Notes under the pieces: generated by a model
The model's input: only the letters and a program-made list of their open reading frames with translations
What the model was told of the DNA's origin: nothing
The model's database searches: none
Program-made: the position numbers and the translations under genes
From: the human T2T-CHM13v2.0 reference genome, Homo sapiens
NCBI RefSeq assembly: GCF_009914755.1
Contig: NC_060932.1
DNA length: 64,000 nucleotides
Direction: 5' to 3' (one strand)
In this document: in pieces, positions 16,052 through 35,912 of the stretch
Layout: the number at the start of each line of letters is the position of its first letter
Position numbering within the stretch: position 1 is the stretch's first letter

Positions 16052-17290
16052 AAAACCTTTTAAATGATGTTTACACTAGAGGAGTTCTGCTCATACAATA
16101 TTGAGAAATGGACACTTGAAATACAAAAATCAATTTTCTATTTTGCACTATTTTCCTACATGAGTCTAAAATATGTATTATCTTCTCTATGCTAATTAGA
16201 TGTTAGTTAGAATATAAGAGAATACAATTACAACTCAAGTTTTCTTCTATTGCCTTATATTTTGTTTTTATAGTTTTGTCTATTTAAAGTCAGAATTTTA
16301 AAAAGACAGAGAGAAGCCTGACAAATAATCCCTTAGTCATACATCAATTAAAAGTTCTTTTTGTTCTGCCGTCATCTCTTTCCCTTGCAGGCATCACTAT
16401 CTTGCTTATATCTATCCTCTTGAGGTAAGAGAGACCAGTCTAAGCCCTCTTCACATTGTCAGTGTCTACTTGTACATAGGAAGTGCTCAACATGGTTTTT
16501 GATAGTAGTAATTACTTTTGTTTAAGTTAATAAAACAACTTACATTTGTCAATGCCCTATAAAAATGAAATCATGCAAATATTGGGATGGATTATTTGAC
16601 TTGCCTGTTCCAAATTATTCTATTTTGAATAATAGTTCTTGTTTTGTACTTGTGTCTTTTGGTAGGTTTTGTTTGTGTTTTACTGAGAAGGCACATGGCC
16701 CTCCCCGTCCTAGTTTGCCTTAGAGACCTGGATGCTTGTATTGTACACTGATGTTTCTAGCTTACTTGGAGGGATCGAGCTTACTTGCCAGTGTGCGGCT
16801 CATTCACATGAATCCACTGTAGAAAAATATAAAGCAGATTGTTCTGTTTTCTGACTGTTTTTGAGACAAGCTTAGGCATTCACCCATCTCTTTCAATTGG
16901 ATTGGCTACTTTCATTAACTTTGAACTAGCATTCTATATAACATACAATTTCCACCATCTCAAAGATAAGCTTGTCCCATGCCATGGCCTCCATCCACTC
17001 TTCATTAAGTGAGTGTATGAACCAATGAAAGCCTGTGATCCTTCCTAAAGTCAATTCAGTGGAGCCATCATCTTGAACAGGTGGATATTCTCTGATTTTA
17101 CACTTTAAAGAGAAAACACATTATAAATTTTTTTTTTAGATTTATTAGGTTGAAAATTGAACAGGAAAGGTAACTTTTATCATTGTGAAATTTCTGATTA
17201 ATACAAAAAACTTTTGTGCTAGGTCCCATAACAAATGAAAGACCAAGGAGCAGAAACATGGGGGCAGGTACCCTTTAAAAAAAAATCTAT

Positions 17291-23695
<6,405 letters not shown>

Positions 23696-26380
23696 TAAAA
23701 AAATCTATGAAAATCACAGAAAAAAAATCACATAAAGAGAGAGTCATCCAAAATATACTAACACAATTATGACCAATTTTTATGAAGTCACACTAGAAAT
23801 GATGACATAATATTTAAAAATTATCTGGCCATTTTAGATTAGCACATGTTAAATAATCCCAATAAAATGCCCACTTCAGCATTTTAAATTTCAGGCAACA
23901 GTCTCCAAAAGAAAGCCCTAGAAATTTTATCACTAACAATTTTAATATAGACAAATAAATAATCAGGTTTTACATTATGAAAAACAATTCTAAAATTACA
24001 AAGAAAATATTTATAAGAGACAGTTTTAATGGAATTTCTTTAAGTTTCCCAAAAAGGCAGTTCTCTGTAAAAGTTGTGCTTTCAAAGTCAGTCAAGTATA
24101 TCATGAGAAAAATAAACTCACCCTAAAAGGAATGACAATAGCACGCCGTTGTTAAGTTTTATTTCTTCTTGTCTGGTCATAGGAGAAGTTCTCTCTCATA
24201 GCCTACCCACTGAAGAGGCAGGGCTTGGGGAGGAGCATGTGATATGTGATTTGCTGGAAAGACCCATCTAAACTGGGTAGTACTTTGAGGAATTCATACA
24301 AGCGATTCTGCGACTTTCTCTCTGACAAGGGATTAGGGCAAAACTTTCTCTGTAACACTCAGAGGTAGTTTCTAATTATGCTGGACAACACGCTCTCGGA
24401 AATACATTGATAAATAAAGGTTATTTTTGCTTGTTTATAAATCTGGATTCTGCCAGGTTACAGGCAGTTGGTGACTGTATGTAGAAAATACATGAATTTA
24501 TGAGCATTTATTTGTTTAATCTTTTAAAAAATCAAGCTCAAATTTCTATAGCACATCAGCTAGTTTATACTTAAACAGTGCAAAAAATTTATGAGTTTTT
24601 TTTTTGTTTTCAAACATTTATTTATCTAAAAAGAGTTACAGGAAGTAGAACCATCATTGAAATTTGAAATAGAATTCTGAAAGAAACCTAGAAAAAAGGC
24701 TAAGAAAATATTAAAGGGAACTTCAATGAGCAGCAGGACTAGAATGAACCTACATGAAGCTATATATATCTTTCACAGAGAACCCTAAAGAAACAGAAGA
24801 AACATTGGAAGCAGGAAGAGTAATCATAAAGAGTTACCAGATTTGAATACACCTCTAACTGTAATAAATGTAGAATAACATAAAGGACATACATTATTCA
24901 ACTATGTGTCCGCAATCCAAGCATGAATCATGTCAATTACAGTATCTGTAATACTGATAAAAATTTTTTACAGTCATAAATGTTTTAAATAACTGTTTTT
25001 ATTAGCTTTGGTTTTAATTCAATAGTATGAGAAAATTAATTTTTGGTGGTTTCTGATTATAAAAATTGAATTAACATTATAATGTTAGTTATTTAGGGTA
25101 ATGGACTTCTTTCTATTTAATAAAATACCATCTTCTCCCACTGGATGGCAACAATGACTCAAAAATCAAAGGAGTTTTGCAAATTGCCTTAATGTGTTGC
25201 AGGTCTCAAGTAAAGGACAAGCGAAGCACCAAATATATGAACAGATAACTACAAAACCACAATAATATAGTTAGGTACCCCAAGACAGGAAGTGCACAAG
25301 TTCATGAAACTGTATAGTACGTAGAAATGAGCAATTTTTAAAAATCTTACTGTTTTTTGTCTTATGATCTATTGATAATATTGATTATAGTTGTTTAGAA
25401 TAAGAAAACCATTGTAAATGGTATCATAATCTGAAATGGATTAAGTGCCATCAGACATACAAATGAGCTACATGGACACGTCTAGGCATCATTTTTCTCT
25501 AGACCAAATTTTAAAAGTAATAGTTTGTGTTGGACTACTTTTAAGTAGGACTAATGTCTTTTAATTATCCTAGATATATACTTCTATACCTAAAACATTG
25601 GCTGGTACCTACAGATATTTAATATATATTTATTGAACATAAACAAACCAAAGATATACTTGATCTTATAAGGATATAAGATTTTGTAAAATTCCCTTCC
25701 AGTCATATTTGCTTTCCATCTTTGCAATTGTGGCAAAGGAATGTCAGCATTTATCTACCCATGCAACAGGAGTATTGGGGGCTTATCATTTATCAGTCAC
25801 TTGCTAGGTGCTGAGAGTTTAAATTCAAATAATACCAGGTTCTTGACCTCAGAGAATTGACACTTTGATGGAGTAGAGACTTGTAAATAATTTTAGGAGA
25901 TTCAGAAATATTTACAGATATATATCTATACATACTGCTGTTAGAGAAGAAAAAAAGGGGCAAGAAATTCCAATACGGGACAGATCTTAGTCTTCAAAAA
26001 GAAGTACCATTGAGGTGCTTTGCAAACTGTTCTCCTGCTAGTCAAAATAGATGAGTCTCTCCTCAGTCAGCAACATAAAATATCAGTACCATTGCACTCA
26101 CAAGAAAAATAGTTGAATTAGAAGTCATGGAGCTCCTGTCAAAATTCAGGCAAATAAAACTGAGATTCAGTGAATAGATTCTAAGTGTGTGGAAGACATG
26201 ATCTATTTACACATTTAGAAAATGGAACAGGTTTGGGCTGGGTGTTTCTGCCTCCCCACACCCCTCTAAATCTTGGTCAAGAGCTGCATGAGAAGAGTGC
26301 CCCTCATCCCACAGGGTCGTGAAGAAGAGCCCTCGCTGAAACTCTTCTCCTCAGCATCCCTCTGCTTGTTTGCTTTTTTG

Positions 26381-26384
<4 letters not shown>

Positions 26385-26431
<47 letters not shown>

Positions 26432-26689
26432 TGAGACTGAGTCTCCCTCTGTTGCCAGGCTGGAGTACAGTGGCGCAACCTTTGTCCCCCGGGCTCAAGT
26501 GATTCTCCTGCCTCAGCCTTCCGAGTAGCTGGGACTACAGGCGTGCGCCACCAGCTAATTTTTGTATTTTCGGTAGAGGCGGGGTTTCACCATGTTGCCC
26601 AGGATGGTCTTGAGCTCTTGACCTCGTGATCCCCCCACCTCGGCCTCTCAAAGTGCTGGGATTACAGGTGTGAGCTACCGCACCGGGCC
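26385..26689 (-). mobile_element. Alu (AluS) with (TG)n at the tail
   Basis: Reverse Alu with a short right-arm deletion; about 22 TG units at 26385-26428. Confidence 0.9.
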
Positions 26690-27489
26690 GTCCCTCTCCT
26701 TCTAATCCTCCTCCATTCCCTTCCTGAGTCGAGGCTTCTGCTGAAGAGCCCTTACTGGAGATCAGCATCCTGTGATCCTGAGCATCCATGAGACATATGC
26801 ACCTCTAACCTCCCTTGGAAAGGGTTTACATAGGATTGAACGGAGGGAGAGTTACTATTGTTTTTACTTCTTCTCTAAGCCATGTTTGCTGTCGCACACA
26901 CCAGATTTCAGTGGCTTGCCTTCTGTGAATAGAAATTTGTCAGACACTTATTTTGTTGATTTAGTTCTGTTGGTAAACACTGGAGCACAGTCTCGTAGTC
27001 ATCTCTCGGAGTTAGAACTGTCAGCTACTAGGAGCTAAAAAAAAAGAGGGACTCCTAGGCATACTGCCATTCAACAGAATCTCTTTCTTTATTCTAAGAG
27101 TTCAAAAAATATGGTGCAGCCAGATTTTTTCTTTTTCACAGAGTTAAGTATAATCCAGCTAAAAATAGTGCCATGTTTTAATATCTGTAACCTAGAATTT
27201 TTATCCACGCAAAAATATTTTCACTTATAGCCGTTTGTGTAAACTTTGCTTAAGGAAATTAATTAATAGATATATGAGTACTTAATTTTAAATGTGAATC
27301 TCCATAAATAAAAACATATTTTCATTGGCTAATAAAATTCCCTCATCCCCTCAATTACTTTGCTCTCTCCAGTGTAAATCCTTTTTAGGAAAAATGGGAT
27401 GACAGCTGGCATTATTTGGTCTCCGTTATGTGCATGGCTGACTGATAAGCAATTTACACACATTCTCCTCTTCAGGTCTTATAAGAAAC

Positions 27490-27630
27490 TTATGTCTCTC
27501 TTAGAGAGACATATTATCTCCATTTTCCTAAGAAGAATACAGATTTGGGGGATTAAGTAACATTTCAAAGATCACATAGAAAAATGTCAATGCTGGAATT
27601 TGAGCTATGGTCGATCTAATTTTAAAAGTC
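27490..27630. mobile_element. MIR fragment
   Basis: attatctccattttcctaagaagaatacaga...ttaagtaacatttcaaagatcaca core. Confidence 0.6.
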
Positions 27631-28519
27631 TACTTCTAGATTTGTAAAATTTAATCTATCCTTGACACATGCATGGAACAGAAGACTCTTCCTCTAGCAC
27701 TGGCAGAGGAAAGGATTAGAATAATGAGATAACTTTCTACAATATGTAAAACCATGTACACCTAACAACACATCAACAATCATACAATTGAAAATGTGGT
27801 TTAATCGTAGCTGTAGATATGTTTTGTCATAAGTGAGACCTACACTTCAATAGCAACAATAAAAATGAATTAATATTTAGAATATAAATTCTGGCACATA
27901 CACCACATCTTCTTTAAAATTCATTGAATATATTGAAATAAAACCAGTCATGTAAAATGACTTAATGATGAACTTATGGAATATCCTATAGTTCTCAGTG
28001 TATGTTTAGAACTTTCTGGTGTTCCAATCTTACCATAGACCAGGGGCTTACAGCCTGTGCCTGGTCCCATCAGGACCCAACAGGTGGATGTTCGATATTA
28101 TCTTCTCTTTTAGGTCACTTGCCAATCAGGAAGTTAAACAATGACCTATGTTCTTCATATAAGAAAGCAGAACATTCCGGGCCTTTAATGTTTCAAAAAC
28201 TTCTCTGTATTGGCCTAGAGGCTTCTCTTACTTGGACTTTTACAGTGGCTTGAGGTCATAGTTTTGGGATGCAAACACATAACATTCACTTCCAACTTCT
28301 GACTCCATTTATATTTCTCATCTATTTATTTCTGCCCTGGTTCTTGTCTGACATCTTGATTTTGGCACCAAATTAGTTCTTCATAAGAATGAATCTAAAA
28401 GTAGGCCCTGCTGTTTATTCTAAGTTTTTCTTAAATCCTCTGATTTTCTTCCTAGGTATGTCTCCATATATTTAACTATAAGCAGTCCTTTTTCAGCACA
28501 TTATATTGGTGCTTATAAT

Positions 28520-28970
28520 ATGTTATCAGAAGAATAGTTTTTGCTGCATGTCATAAAAACCTGGATTCCAACAGTCTTAAACTATCCATTATTCCACATA
28601 GCAGGAGATCCAGAGAAAATGCAGGCTTCAAGTTTGGTTGACCTGGTGATGTCATCAACGATCCAGGATCATTTCATCTCTTCTCAGCCATTCTCAGTTT
28701 AGGCTCCATTTTCAGGCTGGTGGAAATATAGCTGCAGCAGTTCAAGTTTTCTAATTCTGACACAATATCTAGAAGGGAAGAGACCATCCTTTTCTGGAGG
28801 TCTCTCTTTGAGCCAAGGAAATGTTTCTTGAAGGTCCCTGCAGACTTCCTCACACATCTCATTGGTCATATGCCCAGGCTTGAAACCACTCACTGGCAAG
28901 AGGAATGAATCTGCAATGATTCAGGTCAGTCACCTGGGTGGAGTGAATGTGGGGGAATCAGCCACAATAT
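28520..28970 (-). mobile_element. Old MaLR LTR (MLT1I/J-like)
   Basis: cagacttcctcacacatctcattggtc...aaaccactcactggcaagaggaatg. Confidence 0.65.
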
Positions 28971-29955
28971 TCACATGTAGTGAATTTCTTCCAAATATGT
29001 TATAAATAGTGATGATGTTGGCATACTATTTGGTTGTGTGCATAGTGCCATGACACTGGTCTGTTGAAAACAAAGAAATATTTTACGTGGTGTAATATGT
29101 TGCAGGATCTTGGGGGCAAAACTACAAAGTATTTTTGATGCAATGTTCCTGTTATATTTACAGAACCTACTACATGCTGGAGTTCTCTGATACAATGCTA
29201 ATAAATTTATCCAAAGCTAAAATTTGAATGAATTGTATTAGCTGCTTCATCCTTATAGAATAAGATTGCATCCTTTCAATAATGGGTGTAATACCATATT
29301 AAGTGATGCATTTCACTGTTGCTGGCTATGCAGGATATGCTAAGAGACTGTGATTCTGGTTTTCCCAGCATTGATAGATCATTCACCTCCATATCACCTA
29401 AAAGAAGAAAGTTAAAGGCAGCAGTATATTTATTTGTTGAGGGTTGTCACCGTGTTCCCTTTCCTTGCTGTGGGTGAGTGGAAGGAAGCTGCAAGAAGAC
29501 CACTCACAGAGCTTGGCATATGCCCATTAGTATTCGGAGGAGGAAGCGACTGGTACCTGATGCCTACCTGAAAATGTCTAATGGGAAAGATCTGGCCAAC
29601 CACTCTGAAGGCAGAGCAAGAGGAGTGTACTACATTCAGAGGAAGCCACTCTTCTACCAAAAGCAAGGACAAGGTATGTTTCCCATGATGACCAAAACCT
29701 GCAGAAGGAAGGTGTTCGTGAGTCCTCTTAACAGTGATCTCAGTAGGAAGAAAACTAGGAAAGCAGGGTGTGGTGGAAGCCAAAGAAAGAATGGGCAGCA
29801 ATTACAAACATTCTTAGATATCAAGTGCCCATTGGATTTGGCATGAAGTTAGTTGGCACGTTTGGTGGTGAAGGAGTAAGCCCGGTTGCAGCACATTGCA
29901 TTTTCACGGTCATCAGTTGTAGGTTTGATGGAAAGAAATTGAGGAACTTTCCATC

Positions 29956-30915
29956 TGTATTCATTATTTGTTGCTTCATAACAAGATCTCCCCCAACCCC
30001 CGAAACATAGCAGCTTAACACACCACACACTCATTATTTTACAGTATGTGTGGGTCAGTAATTTAGGCACAACTTATCTGGGTCCTCTTCTTTAGGGCTT
30101 CTCAGAAGGCAACAGTCAAGGTGCCAATCAAAAGTGGAGTCTCATCCAAACACTTGTCTGGGAAGGAGCTGCTTCCAGGGACAAGTGATCCTTGGCAGAA
30201 TTTAGTCCCCACAGGACTGTTGGGCCGAGGGCCTCAGTTCCTAGCCAGCTGTTGGCAAGAGTTCCTTGCCACAGGGGCCTCTCAAATATGATGACATACT
30301 AGTTTTATATCACTGAATAACAAATTACCACAAATTGAGAAACTTGATGGAATCCAGGAACGCTTGACTAAGTTCTGTGAATCTCATAAGGCTGAAGTCA
30401 AGGTATCAGTCATGCTGGGTTCTTTTCTGGAAGATCTGGGAGGAAATCCACTTCCAAGCTCATAAAGGCTGTTGGAAGCATCCAATCCCTTGTGGTTGTA
30501 GACCCGAGGTCCCTGTTTCCTTGCTGGCTATCAGTTAGGGCCTGCTCTTTGCTCCTAGAAGCTGCCTGCATTCTTCATCATGTGGTCACTTCCATCTACA
30601 AAGCCAGCAATGGGGTGTTGAATCCTTTTCATGCTTTAAAACTTTTACTTCCCTTATTGCCACCTGTCAGGGAGAACTCTTTGTTTTGAAGGACTTGCAT
30701 GATTAGATTAGGTACACCCAAATAGTCTCCTATCTTCAGGTTAACTGTGCCATATAACACAACATAACATGGCATAGCATAACATAACATAACATAACAT
30801 AACATAACATAACATAACATAACATAACATAACATAACATAACATAACGAAACAGTGAAAGTGATATAAGTTTCATAGGTTCTGGGGATTAGAGTATAAT
30901 ATCTTGGTGTAGGGT
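29956..30915 (-). mobile_element. Two abutting or nested MLT1D/E-like LTRs
   Basis: Two LTR starts (about 29956 and 30297), each followed by gtcaaggt and cttcca(a/g)g motifs. Confidence 0.7.
30755..30848. repeat. (ATAAC)n pentanucleotide microsatellite
   Basis: About 14 perfect units plus degenerate leading units. Confidence 0.95.
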
Positions 30916-31619
30916 AGGTTACCTTTTTATGTTTCTATTTTCTTCTAGGGGTAGGGGGCCTAGAGCGAGTAGGACTTGCTATGGGCAAAAGTTTAGAGTC
31001 AAGTGGGGAAGTATTCAAATAGAGTTAAGAACAAAGAAACAGACAAATTAGGGAAACAGAATTATTGCTGGGAAGCACAGGATGATGCCTTGAGGTAAGA
31101 GGTTAGGAATTTAGCTATTAAAGGACACAAAATGCTTATAATTTTCAAAATTCCCCGTCTTATTTGCGTAGCATATCTAGATACAAGACAGCATTTCTAG
31201 ATTCATGAGTGGTCCAAGGGACTTTGATTAACTTAACTATAGCAAATATACCATTCTTTGTGAGACTATCTGATGGGCAGCCATGGACCCAAGGAGATTT
31301 TCTACCCAAAATCTCACAAATTGCCACTCACATATGTATTTATTTTAGGCAATCATAATCATAATCAAAATTTGGTCAATGTAATGGCATAATTAAAATG
31401 TGAAATTATTGTTGTTATGCAAAACGTAAGTGGATACATGTTTAGTGTTAAAAAAATTGAGCTAATATTGAGTTGGTAGTGTTTTATCTGATTTCAAAGT
31501 TTCTGCAAGATTTTCCAGCCTTGAGCAATTTGAACTGTGCAGTGAATGAAACTACTGAAAGAAACTAGCATACAATAAGCAAATGAAAAGTATGCAGTTG
31601 TATAACTCTTAGGCATATT

Positions 31620-31750
31620 GCTGGACAGCACAATATTATTCTGACCTTAAACAAGTTACTTAACTTCTCTGAGCCTTAGTTTCTTCATCTTCAAAAATTA
31701 GGAAAATAGTATGTCTCTTGCAGTGTATTAAATGAGACAGCACAAGTAAT
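31620..31750. mobile_element. MIR fragment
   Basis: tgaccttaaacaagttacttaacttctctgagccttagtttcttcatct. Confidence 0.75.
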
Positions 31751-32962
31751 TAAAACAGAGTAAGGGATACATGTATTTATTTATCCTAAATGTATTTTTT
31801 CTATTTTGTTGTTCAATTTACACCAAGAAGAATTATTCGTCCAAATGTTGCCATTCAAACCTTAATTGTTATAAAATCAAGTAAATGTCTGAAGTCTATT
31901 CTAAGATGCTACAAAAACTTAAAACAACATTATATATATATTTTTTCCCTTTGGGAGGGGAGTCTAAAAACAATGCAATCCCCTTTTCAGTAATAGAAAC
32001 TTTATCTTAATTTTATATTTATTCAAAAGACTAATTTACAATCACTGTGTTCTAATGTTGGCAAAGAACCTTATTATTTCTCTAATGGAATTGATCTATA
32101 AATTTTCATACTTCAAAAGCCTTAATAAATAAATATTAATCAGAGGATCTCACAAAAACTGTGACTGAAAAATATACATATGAGTTCAGCCAAGAAAAAA
32201 ATGAGTGTAATCAGACTGCTACTCAATTTTAATATTGGAGAACAAAGAAGGTAAATAGCTAATCTATGACAAATGAGGATTTACTCATTGCCAAAATACA
32301 ATGGATCATTTGTTGTATACTCAAAAAAGTCAGATCTTAATGGAACTTAATAATATTGGCTTTTCCAGTGGCCCTTTTTTTTTGTTCATATAAAACTTGA
32401 TTTTTTTCAATTAAGTACAATTGCAATTGTACTTAATCAAACTGCAATTTGAAAATAGTAAAGTATATTTTAAGTTGTTATCTGCTGTTTTTGGTAAATT
32501 GATGCATCACTGACAATCAAAGAATATACACATATAGATATTACTGTCATTCTTATATTACAAGCCACATTTACTGACTCACTTAAATGACTTAATATGG
32601 TGCATATACCAAATTAAAGGCTGGAGTGATCATTTAAAATTTCTAATCACTTTTGACAGCTTGATTCTACTCTGCTTTGTAAGAGTTAGGCTTTGTAAGC
32701 CTACTCAGAAGATAGTGTGGGGTTAGAGTAGAGCCTAGACTGTTATTCAGGGCGAATTTATCATTTTATGACTACACAAAGGAAATTAACCTGCAAAGAA
32801 CTCAGGAAGAACAGTCATAGAGATGAGGGCAGCCCAGGCATGGTTAGAATTAGCACCCAGTAATTCTGGCTCTTTATATGGTCCCTCTTCCATTATAATG
32901 CAATGGTCTTGCTTAGTCTTTGATCACTTCATATACTTTCTATAGTGGACATTCCAACTGTG

Positions 32963-32965
<3 letters not shown>

Positions 32966-33027
<62 letters not shown>

Positions 33028-33029
33028 GA
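32966..33029. repeat. (TG)n(AG)n microsatellite
   Basis: Direct reading. Confidence 0.95.
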
Positions 33030-35364
33030 GTTAGGCTTTTTGTTCCCAACCAAATCTCATCTTGAATTGTAATCTCCATAATTTGTCAAGGGAGAGACCA
33101 GGTGGAGGTAATTGGATCATGGGGGCAGTTTCCTGCACACTGGTCTCATGATAGTGAGTGAGATCTCATGAGATCTGATGGTTTTATAAGTGTCTGGTAG
33201 CTCCTCCTGCATTCATTTTCCATCCTGCCACCTTGTGAAGAAGGCGCCTTGCTTCCCCTTTACCTCTGTCATGATTGTAAGCTTCCTGAGGCCTCCCCAG
33301 CCATGTGGAACTGTGTCAATTAAACCTGTTTTCTTTATAAACTACCTAGTCTCAGGCAGTTCGTTATAGCAGTGTGAAAATGGACTAATACAGTAAATTG
33401 ATACTGGGGAGAGTGGGGTACTGCCATAAAGATACCTGAAAATGTGAAAGTGACTTTGGAACTGGGTAACAGGCATTGGTGGGAACAGTTTGGAGGGCTC
33501 AGAAAACAAGAAGATGTGGAAAAGTGTGGACTTGTTGAATGACTTTGACCAAAATGCTGATAGTGATATGGACAATGAAGTCCAGGCTGAGATAGTCTCA
33601 GATGGAGATGAGGAACTTGGGAATTGGAATAAAGGTGCTTCTTACTATGCTTTAGCATAGGGACTATCAGCATGTTGCCCCTGCTCTAGAGATCTGTGAA
33701 ACTTTGAACTAGAGAGAGATTGATTTAGAGTATCTGGCAGAAGAAATTTCGAAGCAGCAAAGCATTCAATAGGTGCCCTGCATGCTCTTAAAAGCATTCA
33801 GTTTTATGCATTCACAGAGAGATGGCTTGGAATTGGAACCCATATTTAAAAGGGAAGCAGAGCATAAAAATTTGGAAAATTTGCAGCCTGATAATGTGAC
33901 AGAAAAGAAGAATTTATTTTCTGTGGACAGACTCAAGCCAGCTGCAGAAATCTGCATAAGTAATGAGGAGCCAAGTGTTAATCCCAAAGACAATGGGGAA
34001 AATGTTTCCAGGGCATGTCAGAGGTCTTTATGGCAGCACCTCCAATCAGGCCCAGAAGCCTAGGAGGAAAATACAGTTTTGTGGGCTGGGCCCAGGGCCT
34101 TGCTGCTTTGTGCAGTCTTGGAACTTTGTACCTCATGACCCACCCATGGCTAAAAGGGGCCAAGGTACAGCTCAAACCTTTGGTTCCGAGGGTGCAAGCC
34201 CCAAGCCTTGGCAGTTTACATGTTGTGTTGGGCCTGAGAGTACAGCGAAGTCAAGAATTGAGGTTTGGGAACCTCCGTCTAGATTTCAGATGATGTACGG
34301 AAATGCCTGGATGTCCAGCCAGAAGTTTGCTGCAAAGGCGAAGCTCTCATGAAGAACCTCTGCTAGGGCAGTGTGGAAGGGAAATGTGGGCTAGGAGCCC
34401 CAACACCGAGTCCCCACTAGGGTACTGCATAGTGGAGCTGCGAGAAGAGGGCCAACATCCTCCAGACCCCAGAATGGTAGATCCACTGACAGCTTGCACC
34501 ATGCACCTGGAAAAGCTGCAGACACTCAATGCCAGCCTGTGAAAGCAACTGGGAGGGGTGCTGTAACCTGTAAAGCCATAGGGATGGAGCTGCCCAAGGC
34601 TATGGGAGCCCACCTGTTGCATCAGTATGACCTAGATGTGAGACATTGAGTTGCATGGAACTTTAAGGTTTAATGACTGCCCAACCAGATTCCAGACTTG
34701 CATGGGACCTGTAGCCCCTCTGTTTTGGCTAATTTCTACCATTTAAAACAGGAATATTTACCCAATGCCTGTACTCCCATTGTATCTTGGAAATAACTAA
34801 TTTGCTTTTGATTTTACAGGCCCCTAGGCAGAAGGACTTCCCTTGTCTCAGATGAAACTTTGGACTTGGACTTTTGGGTTAATGCTGGAATAAATTATGA
34901 CTTTGGAGGACTGTTGGGAAGGCATGATTTGCTTCAAAATGTGAAAGATACATGAGATTTGACAGGGGCCAGGGCTGGAATGACATGGTTAGGGTTTGTG
35001 TTTCCACCTAAATCTCATCTTGAATTATAATCCCCATAATCCCCATAATGCCCACATGTCAAGGCAGAGACCAGGTGAAGATAATTGGATGATAGGGACA
35101 GTTTCCCTCATGCTGTTCTCATGATAGTGAGTGAATTCTCACAAGATCTAATGGTTTTATAAGTGTTTGGTAGTTCCTCTTGCATTCATTCTCCTTCCTG
35201 CTGCCTGTGAGAAGGTGCCTTGCTTCCCCTTTGCCTTCCACCATAATCGTAAGTTTCCTGAGGTCTCCCAAGCCATGTGCAACTGTGAGTCAATTAAACC
35301 TCTTTCCTTTATAAACTACTCAATCTCAGGCAGTTCTTTATATCAGTGTGAAAATGGATTAATA
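33030..35364 (+). mobile_element. Full-length THE1D-like MaLR provirus (LTR 33030-33392, internal 33393-34980, LTR 34981-35364)
   Basis: Two similar LTRs of about 370 bp (aaatctcatcttgaatt...gtgtgaaaatgga(c/t)taata) flank a 1.6-kb MaLR internal region. Confidence 0.93.
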
Positions 35365-35798
35365 GTGTGTGTGTGTGTGTAAATGTGTGTTCTTTATTGT
35401 ATATTATAAACACTTAGCTGTACATACACACATATATATCTGCACACAAATGTAAGTGACATGTGACTAGGAAAAACAAATGAAGTATATCTTTGCTGTA
35501 ATAAAAGATACTGAAAGGGTAAGGTTGGTCCCCCACCCATCTGCTCTCACAGGGACAGTGTGTATTTAACACAGATGCTATGGATGAGCCACCCAAAACA
35601 TGAGGGCAAATTTCACCCTCTGTCACTTAGTCCTTTCACATCTTGAGTTAATCATATTCATTTTTTTTAAAGCACAGCTACTTTTTTCTCATAGGCAGAG
35701 ACGGCTCAAAGTCTGTAAAATGACCCCCTTAGGAATAACACAAGGAATGGATGTCAAGCAGTGTCAGATTATTGATGTTATTTGTTACGTGTACTTAC

Positions 35799-35912
35799 AA
35801 ATAATGTCCCATCACATCTGGGTTTGTTGGGACATACGGCGGTGGATTTCCGATCCACTTTGCGTATGCAACAGCATGGCAGCTTCTATTCTAAGCTGGT
35901 ATGGAGTTTCAC
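35799..35912 (-). pseudogene. TRPA2P: TRPA1-like exon 25 with stop (K988*)
   Basis: cattttag|VKLHTSLE*KLPCCCIRKVDRKSTAVCPNKPRCDGTLF|gtaagt; TAG at 35886-35888; 114 bp. Confidence 0.94.

Noticed and set aside
29430-30070. Overlapping ORFs of about 120 aa on both strands
   Set aside because: Appear to lie in decayed L2/MLT1 sequence; no homology or splice structure recognised
30755-30848. Regular short-repeat array
   Set aside because: Simple (ATAAC)n microsatellite without spacers; not CRISPR-like
33335-34622. Several ORFs of 65-129 aa
   Set aside because: THE1 LTR and internal sequence
35460-35515. Possible remnant of TRPA1 exon 26
   Set aside because: An AG with a pyrimidine tract is present, but the translation does not resemble HIFCFLFCTGEIRQE
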